Positions 21,684 through 29,783 of a stretch of DNA of 64,000 bases are shown one piece after another (within the stretch, counting starts at the first letter, position 1; each line of letters opens with the position of its first letter). The stretch is from contig CBDAOB010000004.1 of the NCBI GenBank assembly GCA_965197905.1, forward strand, positions 1 to 64,000. Direction: 5' to 3'. The stretch comes from Candidatus Latescibacterota bacterium (GTDB lineage: Bacteria; Latescibacterota; UBA2968; UBA8231). The notes beneath the pieces are model-generated. The model did not search any database. It was not told the origin of the DNA and saw nothing but the letters and a program-made list of their open reading frames with translations. Made by a program: the position numbers and the translations under genes.

Positions 21684-22699
21684 TTGAATGCCATTTCTTT
21701 GGAGCTTACGGAGGCAACCGTTAATTCGAAATGCTGGCCCGGCTTGGCGTCGGCAGGCACGTCAATGGTGTCTTGTATCGGGCCTTGTAGCCCGCTTTCC
21801 AGATGCTTGGCCTTCCAGCCGCCTTTCCTGGTCTTCTCCTCCACGAGTTCTGCTTGGACGCGGTCTCCGGGTTTGACGCGGGTTCCTGTGTACAGGGGCT
21901 TTGGGGGAACCTGCTGGGGACTTGGAGTGGTGGAGGTCTTACAGAGGCGAAAGCGACCGTATCCGACCGCCGTCTTGGCGCCGATGCCGATCCATTCCAG
22001 GGCTTCCTGCAGCCAAGCGCAGACGGTTTTGCAGTGTTCCCGGGCTTCATCGGACTGTCGCCTGGGAACAATCGCAAAGTGGAAGGTCGTCCTTTCCCCG
22101 ACTACCAGAAACGGTATGGGGACCGGGCTGATCCAGTCACCGGGAGGTGCGCCCTTCTGATAATAGTCGGTGTAATGCGGCGTCATTACGTCGGCTTTCA
22201 AACCAACAGGTTTTAAGGGCAGGGCATCAAGGAAAGCCACTTGTCCTACTTGCTGTTGTGAACCTAGAATGCTCTGGCGCTTCTGCTTTTCACCCTGCCA
22301 ATGCTCGGCCCAGGCACCGACCATACCTTTGATGGAAGAGCCCGGCAGATAGGGAACGCCGAGGGTATGATGCCAGAGGAAGCCGTTTTCGATCGGGTGC
22401 TCGCGGCCCAGTCCGGTCACGAACGGACTGATCGTTTGCATATAGATGCACTGACCGTTCAATGCTCTGATCAAGTTCTGTTGGCGCTCGGCGTATTGCT
22501 TCAGTTCCTCGCGGTCTCCGCAAGGCCGCTTCGTAACCGTGGCTATCCACCCTTCTTTGTCCAATTCAGGAGCCTGGACTTGGGATACGGAATCAGGGAT
22601 GGTCCACTGATTGCAGAACTTGTCGTACCATAAGCAGGCATTGCCGCCGTCGGGCAACTCGGCAATATCCGCTTCCTGGTAGAGAGGGCGTTCAGGCAT
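21665..22699 (-). CDS. cmr6: Type III-B RAMP Cmr6 with short C-terminal beta-barrel extension
   Basis: TGLG.EHPIENGF, GVPYLPGSSIKG, DVMTPHY, GIGAKTAVGYG. Confidence 0.95.
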   Translation of the reverse strand: MPERPLYQEADIAELPDGGNACLWYDKFCNQWTIPDSVSQVQAPELDKEGWIATVTKRPCGDREELKQYAERQQNLIRALNGQCIYMQTISPFVTGLGREHPIENGFLWHHTLGVPYLPGSSIKGMVGAWAEHWQGEKQKRQSILGSQQQVGQVAFLDALPLKPVGLKADVMTPHYTDYYQKGAPPGDWISPVPIPFLVVGERTTFHFAIVPRRQSDEAREHCKTVCAWLQEALEWIGIGAKTAVGYGRFRLCKTSTTPSPQQVPPKPLYTGTRVKPGDRVQAELVEEKTRKGGWKAKHLESGLQGPIQDTIDVPADAKPGQHFELTVASVSSKEMAFKWVTSS

Positions 22700-23105
22700 T
22701 GTCTTGTCCCTGTTGTACGTCACTCAAATAGGCCGTAGCGAATTTTTTCAACCAACTCAGGTATTGCTGAGATTCGGCTTGAGCGCGTAGATAATGCTGC
22801 TGGTCATTGCGGGTAATCGCCTGCAGCAGGTCTTTTTTATTTCGATACGACGCGTCTTCGTCATCGCCGCACAGCCAGCTTTGCAAGTCTTGATAGAGCA
22901 GGGCGTGAGGATCCATCTCATTTCCTTTGGCGGTCGCGAGCAGCGTCGCCATAGCCTGCCCAAGACCGTTTTGCTGAATCGTTGCCGGCAATGCCTTGGC
23001 GTAACTCAAATACTCCGATTTCTTACCGAGAGCTTGGCGCTCTTTGACGCGGTTCAATGCGTGCCCGGCGCGGCGTTGATCAAGACTTTGATTGGTCATT
23101 TTCAT
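22692..23105 (-). CDS. cmr5: Type III-B small subunit Cmr5
   Basis: LDQRRA..A, Y.SYAKALPATIQQNGLGQA, WLKKFA. Confidence 0.93.
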   Translation of the reverse strand: MKMTNQSLDQRRAGHALNRVKERQALGKKSEYLSYAKALPATIQQNGLGQAMATLLATAKGNEMDPHALLYQDLQSWLCGDDEDASYRNKKDLLQAITRNDQQHYLRAQAESQQYLSWLKKFATAYLSDVQQGQDNA

Positions 23106-23940
23106 GCCCCTGCCAAGTCACGTTAAACCAGCCTTGGCCAATAGTCTCATTGGCACCAACCTGGAGATACGGACGGCATTCTAATTTTTCGACGAGTGTC
23201 TGTATGCAATTTGTCTCAGCATTCCGTTCCGCCAATACTGAATACATCAGCGTGTCCGGCGACAGAGTCTCCTCATACCACAGGCTCTGGCTCTTTTTTT
23301 GGTCGTCAAGCGCGTTGCGCGCCTGCACGGCAAGGCCGAAGGCGGCAAACCAAGCGAAATCGTCGCCATGCAGCACTACCAGTTGCTCCGGTAACCGGCC
23401 TCGAGCCGTGGCGTCGCCCATCAGGCCGCCGATGACCTGTATCCAGCCATTCAGGGGCGCGCTTGGCTGACTGTCGTCGGACGCGGTCGGTTCGAAGCTG
23501 CGTTCTTCCAGGTATAGCTTGGCGTTGCCTTTACCGCTGTTGCCGAGGTAACTGCCCTTGTCGACATCGGGCGGGTGCTCCGCTGCACTGCCGATGCCCG
23601 ATCGCTTCATGTCCCGCGCCAACCGCTCCAGCAAGTGCGGGCATGTCACCCAACGATAAGCCGAGATCAGGCTGCGGACTGGAAGCAACAGCAATCGCGC
23701 ATCCGATACCAGCAGACCGCCTGCTTGGTCCTGTTTGCCGAAAAGACTCTCCTGTTTGTCCTTTTCCATACCTCGTTGTTTGGCCGCATCGAGCAAAGCT
23801 CCCTTCAAGCTGGACCCGGCAATGTACGGATAGTCCGTTGCTGCCTCACGGGCCACCGGAAGATCAATGGCACCGCCTGTCTGCCCGGCGCCGGGATGGA
23901 TGAAAGTTTCGGCCAGCAGGCCGAGTAGTACCTGTTTCAT
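23080..23940 (-). CDS. cmr4: Type III-B RAMP Cmr4 (target RNA cleavage)
   Basis: IHPGAG, IDLPVARE (catalytic Asp), GSSLKGAL, DARLLLLPVRS, LWYEE, QVGANETIGQG. Confidence 0.95.
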   Translation of the reverse strand: MKQVLLGLLAETFIHPGAGQTGGAIDLPVAREAATDYPYIAGSSLKGALLDAAKQRGMEKDKQESLFGKQDQAGGLLVSDARLLLLPVRSLISAYRWVTCPHLLERLARDMKRSGIGSAAEHPPDVDKGSYLGNSGKGNAKLYLEERSFEPTASDDSQPSAPLNGWIQVIGGLMGDATARGRLPEQLVVLHGDDFAWFAAFGLAVQARNALDDQKKSQSLWYEETLSPDTLMYSVLAERNAETNCIQTLVEKLECRPYLQVGANETIGQGWFNVTWQGHENDQSKS

Positions 23941-25109
23941 GACGATTGCTCCGTAATGCGGTCCTGTTGATGGTGCCAACGTCCCAGAACGATGAGTCCG
24001 AAGCCCCAGGCCGCGCGGTTGCCGATGGTGGTGCCGTGTAACTTTTTTATACTGCCAAGATGTTCTGCCCGGGCTTCCAGAAAAACCACGCTGCCTGGCG
24101 CCAGATGCGGCCGTAGCGGCAACGGCTTACGGGCCACCGAATCCCAACCGCCGATGACCACCGGACGGGGCAGACAGGCACTCACGACTCGCCCCGGCAA
24201 TCCGGCGTATCGCTCATCACCGGGGCGCGGGTGCGTTCCCGTGTCGGCGGGCGTGAGGACGATGACGGTGTAGCGAAGCGTTCCACCGGAAGGCTTTAGG
24301 CCGGTCCGGTTCGGAAGCCGCAGGACTTCTTCTTCCAGGCGAAGCCAACAGGCACGCGACTCTCCGCCCACCGGGTGAGGACCAGCGGGCAAAGGATTCA
24401 TGCACTCTTCCGGCAAGCCGTGCGCTTCCATCGCCAGCGTCACACCCTTGCCGAGGCGGACATGGACGGGCGAGTACATGGCGCCTTCCTCTATGGTCCG
24501 GGTCGCTTGGGAACGGGCGATGCCCACCCGGGGTTCCCGCTTCCACAGATGATCCTGATGGACAAGACAGGTGGGATCGGGAGGCTTGTTTTGCAACACC
24601 GTCCCAAGCCCGTGCGCAGTAAGCCACCAGCCTTTTTCGCGTAGCAGTCTGGCACCTTCCGCCGCGCCAACGGCAACCGGCAGCAACGTGTCCTGGCCAA
24701 GATCGCATGGAGTACCGGGACTCTGGGCAGGAGAAAGCAAAGACAGAGACTCGAATGCAGGTTGTTTCTTGTCCGCTGTCTGGTTCCTGATTGTTTTGCC
24801 CATCAGATGCGCCGGAGCCGGAAACAGGAGTTCGCTTCCGCCGTCCGTTTCACGGACGATAACCGGCCCGCGGAAGCGCAGCGGCCCCAGGTCGCGTCCG
24901 TCCCCGAGTTGATTCCGGACCTCCTCGTTCCAATTGCCGTGTTTCCAACCCAGAAAGCGAGCGCAAGCGGCGCGCACGGCGCCGACCAGTGTCGGCGGGG
25001 CGGGCGGAAACGTACCGACGACTCCGGTTTGACTCAGTTCTCCCTGATTGTAGGACCGGCCATCCCGGAAGAAGAGGGTGTCCAGCGGCTCGAAGTGCAC
25101 CAGCGTCAT
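23937..25109 (-). CDS. cmr3: Type III-B RAMP Cmr3
   Basis: EPLDTLFFRDGR, FPPAPPTLVGA, VGGESR, IGGWD, PGSV, WGFG. Confidence 0.93.
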   Translation of the reverse strand: MTLVHFEPLDTLFFRDGRSYNQGELSQTGVVGTFPPAPPTLVGAVRAACARFLGWKHGNWNEEVRNQLGDGRDLGPLRFRGPVIVRETDGGSELLFPAPAHLMGKTIRNQTADKKQPAFESLSLLSPAQSPGTPCDLGQDTLLPVAVGAAEGARLLREKGWWLTAHGLGTVLQNKPPDPTCLVHQDHLWKREPRVGIARSQATRTIEEGAMYSPVHVRLGKGVTLAMEAHGLPEECMNPLPAGPHPVGGESRACWLRLEEEVLRLPNRTGLKPSGGTLRYTVIVLTPADTGTHPRPGDERYAGLPGRVVSACLPRPVVIGGWDSVARKPLPLRPHLAPGSVVFLEARAEHLGSIKKLHGTTIGNRAAWGFGLIVLGRWHHQQDRITEQSS

Positions 25110-27041
25110 GACGTTCCTTCCTCCTTTGATGGATCGAAGTGGGTTGTCTCCGCCAGAAAGCGGGCGATGAGAAGGCGCCGTCAAGCTGAAAAGTCGAGCC
25201 CGCGCTTGGCGACTCGTCTCCGCGCTGCCTGCCACAAGCGGCAAGCAGATCGGATACGGACGCCTCCGCATCCTGTTGTGTACTATCGTCCTTGAGCGAA
25301 GCACTCTTGACGTATTCCGCCAGAACAATGGCGGGGGCGATCATCTGCGTCGATATCGTTGAGCAAAGGCGCCGTAGCGTTGCCGCAGATGGTAGAAAAA
25401 GCCGGTGGAGTAACAATTTTCCCGGATCCGATTACGGAGCTTGTTTGAGCGCTTCAGGCAACGTTCCAAAGCGTCCAACCCAACGGACTTTGACGCCGCC
25501 GGGCAGCATGACGGCAAGCGCCAACGAATCGCGCTCGTTGCTTCCCTTGGCCGTGTCATGGAGTTCTCTATGGGCACAGGTCCACCACTTCGGGCAACGG
25601 GTTGTGGTAATGGGAAAAAATAATAGCGCAGGAAGCGGTTGCCCAGACTTCATTGTTGCTATTGCTTCCAGGTTCCAAATCCTGGAAGGCGTCACCATAG
25701 GCGCTGCGGAGTTGAATGGCGCATTCGACGGCGTTGGTGATTGGCAACATAGCCCAGAACGTCATCGCCGCCGGCATAGACGGTTACGCCGTTGTGTTGC
25801 TGGACAATGTCCGGAACACGCCGGACGAATTCCGCCAGGGAATTTGGAAACGACTTGTTCCCCTTTTTCCGTAACAATTTGCCGAGATGGTCGCGTCCAT
25901 CAGCAGCAGCGCGTAATAAGGTTCGGCGTTGACGCCGACCGCTTTGCCAAGCGTCGCCAAGGCATTCAGCAACTGCTCGCGAAGCGGCCGCGTCGGGGTC
26001 GTCCGTGTCCTGAAACCTTTCTGGCATTCAGAGGCGTAGCACGCGGTTGGCCAGCGCCGTTTCGAGGAACAGATTGCCGTCCAAATAGGCGTCTTGTTCG
26101 AGCGTGGCGAGTGCGGGCAGCCGCGTCGTGCGTTCGCTGGTTAGTTGCTTGAATGTCTCCTCATCGACAGATTTCGAACAACCGCGACATAATCGGACAA
26201 ACTCTTGCGACTGGCCGGATTGTCAGCGATGTGAGCCAACCACGGCACCGCCGAGAGGTAAACGGTTGAGGGCCAATTTCGTGCCTTGAACGACCATCCA
26301 ATCGTCTCTTCCAAAACCCACTTTTTCAGCTTGGGAAACAGGCGTTTTACCAGGGCAACGGCGCACAGGACGTTCACCGTCCCGAAGATCGAGTCGTCCC
26401 GTCCTGTCCTGCAACGCTTTCCAGAAGACGTCCTGCTTACACCGCTCTCGACTGCGCACGAACCCGGACAACTCCTGCCAGTCGCCCATAACGGTGCAGT
26501 GATCCCCGCCTTCTTCAGGCGGCCAATGGGAACGCCAGTTTTTGCGCGCATCAAGCCAGGCGCCGTCACTGCTGTCGCCCGGATCAGCGCCCATCACCCA
26601 TTGAATCTCCCAAAACCCGTCGATCTGGCGTTCCCAAATGGCACGGGTGCTATTGCCTTGATCGGTGGACTGTGCGACGAATTGCTTCCACACCTGCTCC
26701 GTCAATGTCCGCCATTTCTGCATCGCGGTGTTCACGATGCCTTCCGGGACAAATGTTTCTGGCACCGATGCCTTGAACCGATTGGGCAGGGAGCCGATGA
26801 CGGGAAGTGGAGCGTCAACCGCAGGGTTGTCCATTATCGCCGCCAACAGCGGGTCTTGGGGGCTGTCACACGTGCCCACGGAGGGAAACAGAATCTGCCC
26901 ACCCTGACACAGTGTTTCCGCCATGAGTTGCCCCGCCAGCCACGAAAGCAGGAAAGAGCCCGCCCAGAGGTCGCGCGTACGCCGTGCCTGGGCAACGAAG
27001 CCCTGTACCGGGCCGATGGAGATGTGGAGGAGCATCGTCAC
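25106..27041 (-). pseudogene. cas10: Cas10/Cmr2 (no HD domain, GGDD intact), broken by several frameshifts as assembled
   Basis: SIGPVQGFVAQARRTRDLWAGSFLLS, SLPNRF, LCAVALVKR, PYYALLLMD/DHLGKLL, VYAGGDDVL (~25755-25782), spread over several frames. Confidence 0.9.
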
Positions 27042-28057
27042 AGTTTCACCTCCACGACTTCGGCAAATGGTTCCTCGCGCTGCTGCGGGTCGAGAAGGCG
27101 GTCAAGAAATTTATGAACGGGGCGGTACAGCTCTTCCTCTGGAGCTTGGCGCACCCTCGTCCCTCCAACCGAGATGTCCGATTTGCCCTCGGGCAGAAAC
27201 CGGGCGGGAAGAAACGACAGGACCGAGACAGGTGTATGGTCGCACTCGTGGATATGGATGAACAAAGGGCTGGCGCGCCGGTCGTTTCTACGCCCACGAG
27301 GAAGGCCGAAAGCGATGCGTCCCCGACGGTGACAGGATCGAACGGCGTTTTTGTATTCGCCTCCAATCAGGTCCAGCAACCGCAAAGGTTCGGTTTGGCC
27401 GCTCGACACCAGCACATGGCGGGTCCGCTTGGACAACGCCGTGTATTTGGGGAATTCATTGGGTCCGCCGCCGGTGTGAAGGGCCTTGATCCGGTCGCCG
27501 AGATCTGTCATGGCCTCCGGCTCCCGCCACTCTTCCCGACCGTTGACGCGTAGCGACTCGATAACCAGTGAGCCGTATCCCTTACGACTCCGGGCACCCA
27601 TACCCCCGATGGTCCCAAGCGCGATCAGTGCGCGTTGCAGAGACTTCGACTGTTCATCACAGAGGTCGCGCTCGCGCAGGCGGACGGTGAAGTGCAATGG
27701 GGGTGGGAGACACCCGCGCTCTTTTTCGGGACCTCTCTCCATGACCCCGTAGCCAAGGTAACGGGCGCTCTGTCCAACTCTCAGATTCTTGCCGAGCATA
27801 GTCTGTCCGTCAGGTGGATTCAGTCGCATCAACACGCGGGACTGGCCACCCGCCGCGCTCCCGAAGAGCGCGGCTTCCCGCTTCTGGGTTTTCTGAAGAT
27901 CTCCGTCGTACTGCGACCAAGCCAACGCCCGCCACCAGAACCGCAGGACACCCTTGAAGCTGGGCAGGCGAACCTCGGCGTGCCGCGGGTTTGCGCCAGC
28001 GCAAAACATCGGGGTAACAACACGGTAAGTCGCTTCAATTTCGGTACGCATCAGCAT
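27038..28057 (-). CDS. cmr1: Type III-B RAMP Cmr1
   Basis: VVTPMFCAGA, RLPSFKGVLRFWWRA, LFGS, GGMGARSRKGYGS, RRASPL. Confidence 0.95.
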   Translation of the reverse strand: MLMRTEIEATYRVVTPMFCAGANPRHAEVRLPSFKGVLRFWWRALAWSQYDGDLQKTQKREAALFGSAAGGQSRVLMRLNPPDGQTMLGKNLRVGQSARYLGYGVMERGPEKERGCLPPPLHFTVRLRERDLCDEQSKSLQRALIALGTIGGMGARSRKGYGSLVIESLRVNGREEWREPEAMTDLGDRIKALHTGGGPNEFPKYTALSKRTRHVLVSSGQTEPLRLLDLIGGEYKNAVRSCHRRGRIAFGLPRGRRNDRRASPLFIHIHECDHTPVSVLSFLPARFLPEGKSDISVGGTRVRQAPEEELYRPVHKFLDRLLDPQQREEPFAEVVEVKL

Positions 28058-29783
28058 CCTCCTCGTCGAGCCAGAACGGCTCGCCCGCTTGGTACGGGTC
28101 GTTCTCCTGCTCGCCTGGCGGACGTCTGTCGATCAAGCCGAACCGTCGCACCGATGGACAGGCGAAGGAGTGCGCCTCGCTTGCCAGGCTTTCGGCGGCA
28201 AGCCCCATGAGCGTCGTGCCGCCAGTCACATTCACGAGCACTTCGTCGGCACCGATGAAACGCCTTCGCGCGGTGCTCACCAACTGCTTGATCTCATCTG
28301 GCCCACCACCGAAGGCGTCTTCCAGGGCCAGCGCCTCGGAATCGCCCTCGAACCTGGAATGTTTCAACGCCTCCGCTATCAACTCCTCGGTCTCGCGCGA
28401 ACAGATGACGAGGCACAACTCCGGGTCTCGACCATCCTCGTTCGCCCGACATGCCTGCACGGCGCTGAACAGCACGCCAGGGCGTAGTCCGATGGGGCTG
28501 ACCAGAATCCGGCCGCCGGGCGACACGGGCAGCGACAGGGAGAAGTCGGGGAGCGACTTCAAGGTCTCCTCCCAGAAGCACACTACCAATTTGCGTGTCG
28601 CCGAGATCGTTCCATCCCGGACAAGGTCATCGCCACGCATTCCATGATGCGCATACGCATTGCGAACATCGGCAAGCTCATCCCAAAAGTTACCCAACAC
28701 GCGTTGTTCTTCAGTCAAATCGTCTCGGAGCGCAACGTCCGTGCCGATTGCCTTGATGGCATGAAGAAGTCCCTCCGCGTTGCGCCGCACATTGTGGTGA
28801 AGCCAGTCGCCCTCAGGGGTTTGTCGGAAGATGACCCATGTCACAGTCCATTCGCGCATCAGTCGAAGCGCCGTCGCGAAGTTCTCGCGCCTCAGCAAAT
28901 CGTCGATTACTCTGGCTTGGCGCTTCAGTTCATCCCTGGACAGCGAAACCTTCCGTTTCCATCCATTGCCTGAAACCGGCTCGGTCAAGGCGAAGGGTTC
29001 GATCATCTTGTCGAGTCGATTAACCAACTCGTCGGCAAGGGGCAGACGATGTTCGAGTCGCAACATCTTCTTCAGCGGCTTCAGGCATTGCTCGCGCACG
29101 CCGCGCGCCTGCTGACCCAGCTCGATGGGCAGTCCCGACAGGTACGCTTCCGAGAACCGGGACAGATCCCGCGCAACTCTTTGCGCTAACTGACTGTCCG
29201 GCCGGCCGCGCAGCGCCTGGGCCATGGGCAGCGCGCTACCCGTTTCGCGGATGACCTCCAAAGCATGAACCCAGCGGGGCAGTTCCAGAATCGGGCGCAA
29301 ATCAAGGAAAGCGCTTGGCGCATCCCGATTCAGCATCCCATAGTACGCGCCGCGTACATCGACACTGCGCAGCGCAGCCAGATACAGAACGGAGACGTAG
29401 GTAAGGAACGAGAAGTGCCGAAATCCGTGCGTCACGTCCAGCGTGAGTTCGGCCTTCTCTGGAATGGCACCGGTAACTATGGCTAAGAAAGCATTGACGT
29501 CCTCCGGCGTGTCGCCGCCGGGGACCTCAACGGCCCTGACCGGGTACCGGTCGCCCAACTCCCGTTCAAGCAGCGGCCAACTTTCCTGCCTCGCCTCCGG
29601 CGTGCAGAGCGCCAAAACCTGATCAGGACGTTGTGCCTCGGGCAGTAGATCGTACAGCGCGATGGGCGCGAGTTGAGCTTTGGCACACCGATCTTTAAGA
29701 GTGTAATGCGCCGGTTTTGGGTCCTTGCCAAGCACCGTCAGCAGCAAGTGCTCCCGCGCCGGACCATCGTTCAACTCAGTCAC
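28035..29783 (-). CDS. csx1: Csx1-like CARF-HEPN ribonuclease with an additional C-terminal CARF-like domain
   Basis: N-terminal LTVLG and LDVTHGFRH (DxTHG), HEPN RNAYAH (RxxxxH), C-terminal VSPIGLRPGVL ... VNVTGGTTLM. Confidence 0.88.
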   Translation of the reverse strand: MTELNDGPAREHLLLTVLGKDPKPAHYTLKDRCAKAQLAPIALYDLLPEAQRPDQVLALCTPEARQESWPLLERELGDRYPVRAVEVPGGDTPEDVNAFLAIVTGAIPEKAELTLDVTHGFRHFSFLTYVSVLYLAALRSVDVRGAYYGMLNRDAPSAFLDLRPILELPRWVHALEVIRETGSALPMAQALRGRPDSQLAQRVARDLSRFSEAYLSGLPIELGQQARGVREQCLKPLKKMLRLEHRLPLADELVNRLDKMIEPFALTEPVSGNGWKRKVSLSRDELKRQARVIDDLLRRENFATALRLMREWTVTWVIFRQTPEGDWLHHNVRRNAEGLLHAIKAIGTDVALRDDLTEEQRVLGNFWDELADVRNAYAHHGMRGDDLVRDGTISATRKLVVCFWEETLKSLPDFSLSLPVSPGGRILVSPIGLRPGVLFSAVQACRANEDGRDPELCLVICSRETEELIAEALKHSRFEGDSEALALEDAFGGGPDEIKQLVSTARRRFIGADEVLVNVTGGTTLMGLAAESLASEAHSFACPSVRRFGLIDRRPPGEQENDPYQAGEPFWLDEEDADAYRN

